From NCBI GenBank assembly GCA_035656355.1, contig DASRSR010000194.1, positions 2,691-66,690 of the forward strand: DNA of 64,000 nucleotides. The letters run 5' to 3'. The stretch comes from Edaphobacter sp. Lineage in GTDB: Bacteria; Acidobacteriota; Terriglobia; Terriglobales; Acidobacteriaceae. A program made the translations under genes and the position numbers. Shown one piece after another: positions 36,940 through 46,995 of the stretch. The first letter of the stretch is position 1. The number at the start of each line of letters is the position of its first letter. The notes beneath the pieces were generated by a model. It had not been told where the DNA came from. It ran no database searches and worked only from the letters and a program-made list of their open reading frames with translations.

Positions 36940-38205
36940 ATGACGGAAAAGATGACGGAGATTGATCAGCGTATTAACCCGCTGAACAAAGGGCTGGGTA
37001 GTTTTGAACAGCTGCTGGATGCCAATGCAGTTGCCGCATCCAACTGGAACCTGCTGCGGGAAGATCTCAGCCTGCCGACTGCCGTGCTGTATCAGCAAAA
37101 GGTAATGCACAACCTCAACTGGATGCAGGATTTTATTAAGGCTTATGGTGTGAAGCTGGCGCCGCACGGCAAGACGACCATGGCGCCGAAACTGTTCGAC
37201 ATGCAACTGAAAGGTGGAGCGTGGGGCATTACGCTGGCCACCGCGCACCAGACACGTGTTGCTTATGCACATGGTGTGCGCCGTATTTTGATGGCGAACC
37301 AACTGGTTGGCAAACAGAATATGGCCATCATTTCGAAGCTGCTGGAAGACCCGGAATTTGAATTTTTCTGTCTGGTCGATTCCCCTCAGCTGGTCGAGCA
37401 GCTAGGCAAGTTCTTCAGCGCTCGAGGCCAGAGTCTGCAGGTACTGATTGAGTTGGGCGTGCAGGGGGGCCGTACCGGTGTCCGCGACGAGGAACAACTG
37501 CAGGCGGTGCTGAATGCTCTGGACAAATGGCGGGAGAATATTCGCCTGTGCGGGATTGAAATTTATGAAGGCGTTCTGGAGGACGAAACTTCGATCCGCA
37601 ATTTTCTCCAGCGGGCAGTTGATGTTACGAACCGACTAAGAGAACGCTTTGAGCGCAAGCCGGCGATTCTTTCGGGTGCGGGCTCAGCCTGGTATGACGT
37701 GGTTGCGGAGGTCTTCGCGGGTGCGGGATTGGGAGACGCTGTTGATGTCGTTTTGCGCCCCGGCTGTTATCTGACGCATGATGTCGGGGTTTATCGTGTT
37801 GCACAGCAGCAGATTTTGGAGCGCAATCCGGTTGCTCATCGGATGCACACGAGCCTGCAACCGGCGCTGCAATTGTGGGCTTATGTGCAATCCATTCCGG
37901 AAGCAGAGAAGGCGATTATTGCTCTCGGTAAGCGAGATGCGGCCTTTGATGCCGGCTTGCCCACGCCTGCACTTCATTACCGACCGGGAGCGGATGCTCC
38001 GGTGGCTGCTCCGCAAGGCTGGCAGCTTACCAAGATGATGGACCAGCATGCCTACCTTCAGATCGGCAAAGGCGACGATATTCAGGTAGGCGACATGATC
38101 GGTTTTGACATTTCGCACCCATGCCTCACATTCGATAAGTGGAAGTATCTTCCAGTTTTGAATGCAGAGTACAAGGTTGTGGATGTTGTGCAGACGTTCT
38201 TCTGA
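36940..38205 (+). CDS. PLP-dependent amino-acid deaminase, D-serine dehydratase (Dsd1)/D-threonine aldolase-like fold (OngC-like)
   Basis: LAPHGKT (PLP Lys), GRTGVR, LRPGCY, GKRD, DQH, HPCLTFDKW. Start uncertain (36877-36952). Confidence 0.88.
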   Translation: MTEKMTEIDQRINPLNKGLGSFEQLLDANAVAASNWNLLREDLSLPTAVLYQQKVMHNLNWMQDFIKAYGVKLAPHGKTTMAPKLFDMQLKGGAWGITLATAHQTRVAYAHGVRRILMANQLVGKQNMAIISKLLEDPEFEFFCLVDSPQLVEQLGKFFSARGQSLQVLIELGVQGGRTGVRDEEQLQAVLNALDKWRENIRLCGIEIYEGVLEDETSIRNFLQRAVDVTNRLRERFERKPAILSGAGSAWYDVVAEVFAGAGLGDAVDVVLRPGCYLTHDVGVYRVAQQQILERNPVAHRMHTSLQPALQLWAYVQSIPEAEKAIIALGKRDAAFDAGLPTPALHYRPGADAPVAAPQGWQLTKMMDQHAYLQIGKGDDIQVGDMIGFDISHPCLTFDKWKYLPVLNAEYKVVDVVQTFF

Positions 38206-38221
38206 TCTTTAAATTTTGTTT

Positions 38222-38380
38222 GCCCCATTCATCGCGGCGATGGAGTTGGTGTGATGAATGGGGGACCCAGCATTCGAGATGAGTTGAAGAAAAATACAGG
38301 GTTCCTTCGACTTCGCGCTACGCGCTTCGCTCAGGATGACGTGAGTTGAAGTTGTGAGTGGGCACAGGCCTTCGGCCCTA
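38222..38380. repeat. Cluster of REP-like repeats (families B, C and E fragments)
   Basis: CCCCATTCATCGCG..GATGAATGGGG; CCTTCGACTTCGCG..CGCTCAGGATGAC; GGCCTTCGGCCCT. Confidence 0.7.
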
Positions 38381-38415
38381 AGATAAAAAACACGCCACTG
38401 CAAGATGCGTTGGCT

Positions 38416-38533
38416 CTAGGGAAGCTCTGATTAAGTATTCCCTCAGGGGCTAAAGCCCGGTTCAAGTTGGGTGCTTTACGGCGTGGCTGAAGCCACGCCC
38501 CTTCAAAACAAAGACTTATTAGAGTCTCCCTAG
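38416..38533. mobile_element. 110-bp MITE with IS5-like ends and CTAG target duplication, carrying a family A REP
   Basis: CTAG|GGAAGCTCTGATTAAGT...ACTTATTAGAGTCTCC|CTAG. Confidence 0.65.
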
Positions 38534-39657
38534 TGCTGTGGAGACCCGGCGTTGCCGGGACCGCCGACCGGTTGCAGACGCGGAATTCTCTCCTCAACGG
38601 GCGGCAGAGGTGGGAAAGGTGCGTGTGGTTCTGCCTGATACCAGTAGGCAACTGAATAGAAGTTGTCGGAGCGATGGTTTGCGTGGCCGTGCTCGATGGT
38701 TGCCTTGATGGACTTTGTGAAGGGAATCGGCGAGTCGAGGTGAAAACGGTAGACGCTGGAGCGGCTGCCCGCCAGCTCTTCTCCTACTACCGGAGCGCCG
38801 TAGAGCTGATAAGAGAACGGCTGGCCGCCGAAGTCCCACGCGCCCAGAAAGTAGTCTTCCGAGCCGGTGCCGGCGATTGACGGGCGCTTTGCTCCGTCGA
38901 TGAAGAACATATCGTCGCCTTCGCCCCACCACGAGTCCTGATTTTGCAGAACGGACATGGTTACGCCGACGAACTGGCCATGGCCTTTTGCCTCCATCCA
39001 GACGTAGTTGTCTTTACCGTCGAGGTTGGCCTTGTTATTAACCAGCGGTGTGCCGTTGTTGGCCCAGTCATTGGTCCAGCCGTGGTTAGGAGTTGCCTGA
39101 CGGTACTGTGCATGGAAGTACACGGTGTCGCTCGGCAGCGGCTGCGACATGGTGCGGTAGTCGATGTTGTAGTAGAGGCTGTTGATCCGGTCCTTACCCT
39201 CGTTGGTGATGGTAATGCGCGCATGATGCTGGAACGGCATTGGGAAGTAGCAGTTGAGTGCCTTGACGCTGCCGACGGAGAGCATCTCCGACTGCCAGTT
39301 GTGGTAGGTGCCCAGGCCGAGGCCGAAGAAGTCGCCGATGGGAGTTTCCACGCTCGGTGTCTGCTCTCCATCCCAATAGATGCGGAGCACGATGCGCTTG
39401 AGGTGGTACTGCTCGGGGTCGTTGATGGTGAACCAGATGTGCGAGATTACACCGGGACCGTCGGCGTCCAGAACAGTTTCGGTTGCGCCGGGGGCGACTG
39501 TGCGGAAGTCGGCATTACGCCCGGTGGGATCGGCGCTGGAGGCTCGGTGCTGTGTGTAGGTCTGCTGACGGGTGAGATCCGGCTGCCAATGTGAGATCTG
39601 TGCCGGAGCCACGGCTGTGAAGCTCGCGGCCAGTAAAAGAGTTGCAATTCGCATCAT
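38530..39657 (-). CDS. DUF2961 / GH172-like glycoside hydrolase, secreted
   Basis: Signal peptide; GPGVISHIW, SVETPIGDFFG, WWGEGDDMFFIDG, GTGSEDYF, IEHGHAN. Confidence 0.88.
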   Translation of the reverse strand: MMRIATLLLAASFTAVAPAQISHWQPDLTRQQTYTQHRASSADPTGRNADFRTVAPGATETVLDADGPGVISHIWFTINDPEQYHLKRIVLRIYWDGEQTPSVETPIGDFFGLGLGTYHNWQSEMLSVGSVKALNCYFPMPFQHHARITITNEGKDRINSLYYNIDYRTMSQPLPSDTVYFHAQYRQATPNHGWTNDWANNGTPLVNNKANLDGKDNYVWMEAKGHGQFVGVTMSVLQNQDSWWGEGDDMFFIDGAKRPSIAGTGSEDYFLGAWDFGGQPFSYQLYGAPVVGEELAGSRSSVYRFHLDSPIPFTKSIKATIEHGHANHRSDNFYSVAYWYQAEPHAPFPPLPPVEERIPRLQPVGGPGNAGSPQH

Positions 39658-39710
39658 CGGAAAGGTCTCCTCAATAAATCAGGTTCATGCAAACAAGAAT
39701 GTAGCCGGGC

Positions 39711-41039
39711 CTAGTCGATGCCCAAGCTGGTTTGCAGATGTTCCAGAGAGATGTTGCTGGTCTCCGGGTAGTAAAAAAGCACAAGAAAGAAGTCGATCAC
39801 CATCATGACGGAGAAGAAGATAAACGGATATGCACCGGAAGAACTGGCCATCATAGGAAACACCAGCGAGATAACCGCGTTGGTGACCCAGTGCGAAGAG
39901 CTGCCCAGGCTTTGCCCTTTTGAGCGTACCCGTGTGGGAAAGACCTCGCTGATATAGACCCAGATGACTGCTCCCTGTGAGATAGCGAATAGGACGATAT
40001 AGACGATCAAAAGCCAGACAAGCAGGTTGAGATGGCGATGGGTAAAGAAGACATAAGAGACTGCGGCCAAACACAGTGCAAGGCCTGCGGTGCCGACCAG
40101 CAGAAGTTTTTTGCGGCCGAATTTGTCGATCACCGACATGGCTACCAGAGTAGCGACCAGATTCGCAGCGCCGACGGCGACGGCCTGCAGATCGCCGGAC
40201 ATTTTGGTCGCGCCTGCGAGAGCAAAGATGTCATTCAGGTAATACAAGATTGCGTTGATGCCGGAGAGTTGGCAGAACATGCCGACTGTAATGGCGAGAA
40301 AGACAGGAAACCGGTAGCGTTTGGAAAAGAGTGAATCGACGGAACCGTGCTGTTCCAGATGAACAGAGGCTGTGATCTCATCGAGCGCTTCCTGAGGGTG
40401 TGGAATCCCGGTAAGTCGAAGGACTTCGAGCGCCTCATCCGATTTTGTCTGGGTGACCAGCCAGCGCGGGCTGCGCGGAATGGTATAAAGCGCCAGCAGA
40501 AAAAGAATTGCGGGAATGCCCGAGACGCCCAGTTGCCAGCGCCACTCGTGCGCGCCAAGATGCAAGGTCCCAAGCAGAAAATTGGAGACGTAGGCCAGCA
40601 GGATGCCGACAACTACATTGACTTGAAATGCGCCGACCAACCGGCCGCGCCATTCCGTCGGCGCGATTTCAGCGATATACATTGGCCCGAGCACGGAGGA
40701 TCCTCCAATGCCAAGACCGCCGATGAAGCGGAAGAAGATGAGTGCCGACCAGTTCCAGGCAAAGGCGCAGCCCAGGGCCGAGATGACATAGAACGCTGCC
40801 ATGACCCGGAGACTGTCGCGGCGGCCGAAGCGCTGTCCGGGAATGCCTGCCCCCATGGCTCCGATGACGGTTCCTACCAACGCGCTGGAGACGGTGACTC
40901 CGAGAAGCGTGGGAGAGAGATGATAGGTCTGGGTCAGGGCCTGAGTTGTTCCGGAGATGACTGCGGTATCGAACCCAAAGAGCAGTCCTCCGAGCGCGCC
41001 GACAATGGTGCTTTTAATTACGTGTGAGTTGATGGTCAT
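39711..41039 (-). CDS. MFS sugar porter (XylE/AraE-like)
   Basis: GGLLFGFDTAVISG, PMYIAEIAP, QLSGINAILYY, WVYISEVFP, PET. Confidence 0.93.
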   Translation of the reverse strand: MTINSHVIKSTIVGALGGLLFGFDTAVISGTTQALTQTYHLSPTLLGVTVSSALVGTVIGAMGAGIPGQRFGRRDSLRVMAAFYVISALGCAFAWNWSALIFFRFIGGLGIGGSSVLGPMYIAEIAPTEWRGRLVGAFQVNVVVGILLAYVSNFLLGTLHLGAHEWRWQLGVSGIPAILFLLALYTIPRSPRWLVTQTKSDEALEVLRLTGIPHPQEALDEITASVHLEQHGSVDSLFSKRYRFPVFLAITVGMFCQLSGINAILYYLNDIFALAGATKMSGDLQAVAVGAANLVATLVAMSVIDKFGRKKLLLVGTAGLALCLAAVSYVFFTHRHLNLLVWLLIVYIVLFAISQGAVIWVYISEVFPTRVRSKGQSLGSSSHWVTNAVISLVFPMMASSSGAYPFIFFSVMMVIDFFLVLFYYPETSNISLEHLQTSLGID

Positions 41040-41153
41040 TCAAGCTCCGGAACATTGCCTGCCATCTTACACAATCGGAGACGGGTCTCCCATTCACTTA
41101 CTTATATCGTGTCCAGCTTACTGGCAATTTTCGGATATTGACTGAAATGCGTT

Positions 41154-41804
41154 TCAGTTGAGGTGCTGAAAGCGAGCGATGAGCTTTTCTGCCAAAGGTT
41201 CTCCAGACTCTGTCCAAAGGAGACGGCTGCTGATGCCGCAGTGTTTTTCCACAGAAAGGGTAAAGGCAAGCAGCATCTCGATGTTTTGCTGAATGTACTT
41301 CTGTGTTTCTTCATCAAGCTGCTCGGCAGTGTCATCCATAATCCAGGGAGTGTCGAGGCCAAAGTCAACGCGAATATGGCCGTTTTGTTCATAGCCTGCA
41401 TCGTCGAATTCAGGCCCAAAGCCGAGGATGCGGACCGTCGCCGGTTGTCGTTTCCAGAGTGTGTCGAGTGAAAGAGCAGGATCGGTTGAGCCGCTGGATT
41501 CCGGCATCCAGAGCTTCCATTTCATCTCGAACTCATAGGCCATGTCATCGTGAAGCTGTTCGGTCGCTTCGGCAACCGCATTTTCTATCTGGGAGGCACC
41601 AGAGTCTTCGGCGCGGTCGTCATTGACGTAGATGCGCTGATACGTGGGAGATTCGGTAAATCCAATGGGATAAGCCGAAGCCGCGAAAACCCGTTTTTCT
41701 CCGCTGATAAGCGCGAACTGGCGTAACACCGAAACCAAAGCCGCAGGCAACGCTTCGAGACGGAAGTTTGGGAACCAGACGCTCAGATAAAGCTGATCGG
41801 CCAT
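41154..41804 (-). CDS. Hypothetical acidic soluble protein
   Basis: 216-aa ORF filling the gap, divergent from the lpt operon; no recognised motif. Confidence 0.65.
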   Translation of the reverse strand: MADQLYLSVWFPNFRLEALPAALVSVLRQFALISGEKRVFAASAYPIGFTESPTYQRIYVNDDRAEDSGASQIENAVAEATEQLHDDMAYEFEMKWKLWMPESSGSTDPALSLDTLWKRQPATVRILGFGPEFDDAGYEQNGHIRVDFGLDTPWIMDDTAEQLDEETQKYIQQNIEMLLAFTLSVEKHCGISSRLLWTESGEPLAEKLIARFQHLN

Positions 41805-41877
41805 AGAGCTAGTTTATAGGGCAGGAGGGTCGCTGCGGGAGTCGCTGTGGAATGAGAAGATAAATTGGGCAAGATTG

Positions 41878-44313
41878 ATGCGCGTTTCCATATCGATTGA
41901 AAGGCTCAGGAGATGGTTGCTGGCGGGCGCAGGCCTGCTGGTTGTAGTGATTGCTGCCTTTCTGGGATATGCTCATTACCGCGCAAACCGTTTTCTAACT
42001 GAGCTGCCGGCAAAGCTGGGTGCGGACATCCGGCAGGAGACAAATTCATTTACATACTCGCAATCGATGGGCGGAAAGACGATCTACACCATCCATGCGG
42101 CAAAGGCGTTGCAGCATAAGAATGGGAAGTATACGCTGCACGACGTCGGCATCGTGGTCTATGGACGTAAATCGGACCGGGCCGACCGAATCTACGGCAG
42201 TGAGTTTGAGTACGACCCCAAAGAAGGTGTGGCCCAGGCGATGGGCGAGGTGCAGCTCGATCTGCAGGCCCCTGCGCCGGAAGGTTCTGAGGCACAACGA
42301 AAGTATGCGGCTGGTGGGAGTGGAACACAAGATTCCCGGATGATTCATGTCAGGACCAGCGGATTGGTTTTCATGCAGAAGCTGGGCGTTGCCGCGACCG
42401 ATCAGGCGATTGAATTTCAGTTCAATGGCATGACAGGCCATGCTATGGGGGCGGACTATGACTCCGACACCGGAGTTGTTGTGTTGCACTCGAATGTCGA
42501 GGTAAAGGGAGTGGAGCAGGGCCAGCCGGTAATGCTGACCGCTTCGCGAGCCGAACTAGACAGACCAAATAAACAGACTGTGCTAACCCAGGCGAAATAT
42601 GTGCGTGGCGGGACTGGAGAAGAAGCCGAAGCTGGCCGGGCGGTCATTCACATGCGTGACGACGGTTCAGCGGAACGTCTGGACGCTGAAGGAGCAGTGA
42701 CGCTGTCTGATGGCCATGGGGGAACCGTGGGGGCTCCTCGTGGAGAAGTTCTGCTGAATGCGAAAAGCCAGCCAAAATCTGCTGTATTAAGCGGCGGGTT
42801 GAGATATGTATCGAACGAAAAGATGCGGCAGGCACGCGGTGAAGCTGCGGAAGCCAAGGCAATATTTAGCGGCGACGGAAGGCTGCAGCATGTATCGATG
42901 ACGGGCGGGGTAAACCTCCATGAGCAGGTTAGAACCACGGACGCTGCAACAGCCCGCTGGAGTACACGTAACCTTACCGCGAGTGCGCTCGATCTTTCCC
43001 TGACTCCAAACAGAAATGGCAAACCCCAACTGCAACTGGCAAAGACTATTGGGAATGCTCATTTGAGCGTGACGAATCCGGAGAAGAGCAAGTCCGGTAA
43101 GTCTGCGGGTACCAGTAGTGATCTGTCAGCGGATGTTCTGACAGCGCATTTTGCGCCTCTGAATGGTGGCGCGCCGCAGCTTTCAGTAGTGAATGGCGCG
43201 GGTCATACCGTGCTGCGTCAGGTGAACTCGAGCGGAGCGGTGAATACGAGCTCGGGTGATGCCGTTGAAGCTCACTTCAAACCAACGGGTAGCCGCGGGG
43301 GAACATCGGCAAATGAGATTGCATCGGCGGTGCAGGAAGGCAATGTCGTATTGACGCAGACGTCTGCGAAACAGCCAGGGAAGCAGGATAAGGCCACCGC
43401 AGCGCGAGCCGTCTATGATGGCGCGAGCCAGAAGCTGACTCTGACCGGTGACGTCCAGTTGACGGATGGACAAAGCGTTTTGTGGGCCAGTCGTGTTGTT
43501 ATGGCCCAGGCGACGGGTGATGCGGAGGCAGATGGCGAGGTCAAGGCCAGCTACAGGCTTTCTGAAAACAATGGCGAGCCGGTGCATGTGCTGGCATCCC
43601 GTGCGGTGGTCAAACAGGCTTCTGGAGTAGCGACCTTTTATGGCGCCGCGGGTGCTTCGGCACGGCTTTGGCAGGGAAGCTCGCAGGTAGAGGCGCCGGA
43701 GATTGAGTTTGATCGTAAAGAAAAAGAGCTTATTGCTCAGGGAAGTGGGCAGGGAACTACAACACAGGTTCGCACTGTGTTGATGAGTGGAGGGGCCACT
43801 CCCGGTAAGAGCGAGTTGGTGCGCGTGCTAAGCCGGAAGCTGACTTACTCTGACGCTGCACGCCGGGCGGAGTTTACCGGCGGAGTCGAAGTTGTAAGCA
43901 AAGATGGCCGAATGACGGGCCAGCAGGCGGTCATTGATCTTGCTGCCGCTGCGAAAAATAGTGCGACTCCCCGGCAGAAGAGCGCCTCTAACTCTGCAAA
44001 GACTTCCCGGCAGGCCGGATTTATGGGCGGCGAGGTTGAGCGCATTGTAGCGTCCGGTCATATCGAGATTAACCAACCGGGTCGGCGCGCCACGGGAGAA
44101 AAGGTCGTCTACACAGCCAAGGATGGAACATTTGTCATGACGGGAACTGCGACGGCTCCGCCAAAGGTTGTGGACGATCTGCGTGGCACAGTTACGGGGG
44201 CGTCGCTTCGCTTCCGTACCGGAGACGAAAGTATCGTAGTCTCAAATGAGAGCCCGAATGGGACTGCTGGGAAACAACGCGTGCGTACAGAAACACACGT
44301 CAGGAAAGATTAG
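41878..44313 (+). CDS. Large TM-anchored LptC + multi-LptA/OstA beta-jellyroll protein
   Basis: N-terminal TM helix, then about 770 aa of beta-rich OstA-like repeats ([31 protein letters not shown]); directly before lptB. Confidence 0.75.
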   Translation: MRVSISIERLRRWLLAGAGLLVVVIAAFLGYAHYRANRFLTELPAKLGADIRQETNSFTYSQSMGGKTIYTIHAAKALQHKNGKYTLHDVGIVVYGRKSDRADRIYGSEFEYDPKEGVAQAMGEVQLDLQAPAPEGSEAQRKYAAGGSGTQDSRMIHVRTSGLVFMQKLGVAATDQAIEFQFNGMTGHAMGADYDSDTGVVVLHSNVEVKGVEQGQPVMLTASRAELDRPNKQTVLTQAKYVRGGTGEEAEAGRAVIHMRDDGSAERLDAEGAVTLSDGHGGTVGAPRGEVLLNAKSQPKSAVLSGGLRYVSNEKMRQARGEAAEAKAIFSGDGRLQHVSMTGGVNLHEQVRTTDAATARWSTRNLTASALDLSLTPNRNGKPQLQLAKTIGNAHLSVTNPEKSKSGKSAGTSSDLSADVLTAHFAPLNGGAPQLSVVNGAGHTVLRQVNSSGAVNTSSGDAVEAHFKPTGSRGGTSANEIASAVQEGNVVLTQTSAKQPGKQDKATAARAVYDGASQKLTLTGDVQLTDGQSVLWASRVVMAQATGDAEADGEVKASYRLSENNGEPVHVLASRAVVKQASGVATFYGAAGASARLWQGSSQVEAPEIEFDRKEKELIAQGSGQGTTTQVRTVLMSGGATPGKSELVRVLSRKLTYSDAARRAEFTGGVEVVSKDGRMTGQQAVIDLAAAAKNSATPRQKSASNSAKTSRQAGFMGGEVERIVASGHIEINQPGRRATGEKVVYTAKDGTFVMTGTATAPPKVVDDLRGTVTGASLRFRTGDESIVVSNESPNGTAGKQRVRTETHVRKD

Positions 44314-44339
44314 GAAAACAGCAAGCTCGAAGAAAGATA

Positions 44340-45068
44340 ATGAAGACTTTATCGACGGAGGAGATCGGCAAGTCGTACGGCGGACGCCAGGTGGTGCGCG
44401 GCGTCAGCCTTCAGATTGAGCAGGGCGAAGTTGTCGGTTTGCTGGGTCCGAACGGCGCCGGGAAGACTACCAGCTTCTACATGATCGTGGGTCTGGTACG
44501 GCCAGATGCAGGTCGCATCCTCGTCGATGGAGAAGACATTAGCCGTCTACCAATGTATCTGCGGGCACGCAACCACGGCATCAGCTACCTGCCGCAGGAG
44601 CCGTCGATCTTCCGCAAACTGACGGTGCAGGACAACATCCTGGCGGTGCTGGAGGTACAGCAACTTAGCTGGGAGAGCCGGCGTACCCGTACCGAGAAGC
44701 TGATTGAACAATTGAATCTGGGCCATGTACGAAAGACCCGCGGCTATGCCCTTAGCGGCGGCGAGCGCAGGCGCGTGGAGATTGCACGCTGCCTGGCAAT
44801 TGAACCGAAGTTTATTCTGCTGGACGAACCTTTCTCTGGCATTGACCCTATCGCCGTGCTCGATCTGCAACAGATTATCTTCGATCTGAAGAAGAGCGGA
44901 ATCGGTGTCCTGATTACCGACCACAATGTGCGTGAGACTCTGTCAGTTACCGATCGTGCCTACATCATCAATGAGGGCCGTATCTTCCGCACCGGGACCC
45001 CGGCTGAGTTGGGGCGCGATCCTGATGTGAAGCGCATCTATCTAGGCGAAAATTTTTCCATGAGCTAG
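44340..45068 (+). CDS. lptB: LPS export ABC transporter ATPase
   Basis: [52 protein letters not shown]. Confidence 0.96.
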   Translation: MKTLSTEEIGKSYGGRQVVRGVSLQIEQGEVVGLLGPNGAGKTTSFYMIVGLVRPDAGRILVDGEDISRLPMYLRARNHGISYLPQEPSIFRKLTVQDNILAVLEVQQLSWESRRTRTEKLIEQLNLGHVRKTRGYALSGGERRRVEIARCLAIEPKFILLDEPFSGIDPIAVLDLQQIIFDLKKSGIGVLITDHNVRETLSVTDRAYIINEGRIFRTGTPAELGRDPDVKRIYLGENFSMS

Positions 45069-45253
45069 ATTGATACAACTTCTGTTGTAAAAATCGGGCG
45101 CGGTTGGTGAAAGTCGCATTGCGATTCGCAGCGATAAACTTATACCGTGTATGCACGGAGCGTGTAGACTTTCCAACCGTGAGGTATGCACGCACTGGCA
45201 AGATGAGGGCCAAAGTGCTTTCATCACAGATAGAGTTCCTGAGAGGTTAAGAT

Positions 45254-46969
45254 TTGCTGCTGCAACCCAAGCTGAACGTAAAAGTCTCCCAACGCCAGAT
45301 CCTTACGCCTGGCCTGGTGCAGATGGTCAGCGTTTTGGCGCTGAATAAGCTCGAGTTGAAGGAGATGATCAACACCGAGATTGTGGAAAATCCGGTGCTT
45401 GAGGAACTTGAGGAGTCGGCTGTCTCGCTGGAAGAGCGGGCAGGGATGGAAGGCGACCGTGAGCGTTCTGCTGAAGAGATTGCGGCTGACAGCGAACGGG
45501 CGGAAAAGGACCCCTTCGACGAGATCGACTTCGGCAGTTATTTTCAGGACTATCTGGATCCCGGTTTCCGTACCAGCTCCAATTTTGAAGAGTACGATAA
45601 GCCTTCGTTCGAGAACTTTCTCTCACAACCCAGCACATTGAGTGATCACCTGCTCTGGCAACTGGGAACGCTGACGCTAAAGCCCGAAGTGCGTGCAGCA
45701 GCCGAACTGGTTGTCGGCAATCTCAACGAGAATGGCTACCTCATCGCCAGCGATGATGAGTTGGCAGACGGCCTGGTGCAGTTGGGGGTGCAGGTTTCCG
45801 CCGACGAGACGATTCCGTTTGAGCGGGGAAAAAGATCGGCGCAACCGGCGTTTTCTCCTGATGGGGCACTCAATAACAACGGGAACGTGGAAATGATCGC
45901 ATCCCCGGGCAATGACTTACGTTCCGGGCTGCTTGCAGCGGTTGAAGAGGCACGGTCGATTATCAATTTTCTCGATCCGGTAGGTGTCGGTGCGCGCGAC
46001 CTTCGTGAGTGTCTGCTGATTCAAATCTCGGCACAGCGGAACGAGGCGACGATGGTATTGAACCGTCGCGCCGAGACCGTGTCTGAAGAAGATTCCGAGG
46101 ACAGAAAGCGCAGTGATGAAGCGGAGGGAGTTGGTGCGCAGGCGGTCGATGGTAATGGACGCGCCGATGTTTTCAGCGTCGCGACCCACATTGTGACGCA
46201 CTGCCTGCAGCTTCTGCAGAAGAAAGATATGCGTGAGCTGACGCGAAACTGCGGACGCACGCCAGAGGAAGTCCATGCAGCAGTCGAGTTTATTAAGACG
46301 CTCGATCCTCGTCCCGGACAACGCTACAACCATAGCGAGGCTCGGCTGATTGAGCCTGATGTCGCTTTTGTAAAGCGTGACGATGATTATGTCGTCGTGG
46401 TGAATGACGAAGACCTGCCGACGCTGCGCTTGAATCAGAGCTATCGGAAGATGCTTCAGCAGAAGCAGACGGAAAAAGAAGTAAAGGAATACGTCAAGGA
46501 GCGGTACAAGTCTGCGATTCAGTTGCTGCGCAACATTGAGCAGCGAAAAAATACGATTGTCCGTACCTGCGAAGTCATTGTGCGGCGGCAGAGGGAGTTT
46601 CTGGAGCAGGGCGTTAATGCCCTAAGGCCGATGATGATTAAGGAGGTTGCCGAGGAGATCGGGGTGCATCCTTCAACGGTGAGCCGTGCGGTGGCGAATA
46701 AATATGTGCATACTCCACAGGGTGTTTTTGAGCTGCGCTTCTTCTTCTCTGAGAGCGTCAATGGCCCTGAAGGCGGAGACATGCCGCTGGTGCTGCTAAA
46801 GCGAAAGGTTAAGCAGTTGATCGAAGAAGAAGATGAGCGCAAGCCATTGACCGACGATCAACTGGCTGCCGAGCTGCAGCGTCAGGGAATCAAAGTAACG
46901 CGAAGAACAGTGGCAAAATACCGGGAAGATATGCAGATTCCAAGTACTCACCAACGCCGTGTACGGTGA
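45254..46969 (+). CDS. rpoN: RNA polymerase sigma-54
   Basis: NPVLEE, DPVGVGARDLRECLLIQ, HPSTVSRAV, RpoN box TRRTVAKYRE. Confidence 0.96.
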   Translation: MLLQPKLNVKVSQRQILTPGLVQMVSVLALNKLELKEMINTEIVENPVLEELEESAVSLEERAGMEGDRERSAEEIAADSERAEKDPFDEIDFGSYFQDYLDPGFRTSSNFEEYDKPSFENFLSQPSTLSDHLLWQLGTLTLKPEVRAAAELVVGNLNENGYLIASDDELADGLVQLGVQVSADETIPFERGKRSAQPAFSPDGALNNNGNVEMIASPGNDLRSGLLAAVEEARSIINFLDPVGVGARDLRECLLIQISAQRNEATMVLNRRAETVSEEDSEDRKRSDEAEGVGAQAVDGNGRADVFSVATHIVTHCLQLLQKKDMRELTRNCGRTPEEVHAAVEFIKTLDPRPGQRYNHSEARLIEPDVAFVKRDDDYVVVVNDEDLPTLRLNQSYRKMLQQKQTEKEVKEYVKERYKSAIQLLRNIEQRKNTIVRTCEVIVRRQREFLEQGVNALRPMMIKEVAEEIGVHPSTVSRAVANKYVHTPQGVFELRFFFSESVNGPEGGDMPLVLLKRKVKQLIEEEDERKPLTDDQLAAELQRQGIKVTRRTVAKYREDMQIPSTHQRRVR

Positions 46970-46995
46970 TTGCATCGAAGGAAACGAGGATCGAT

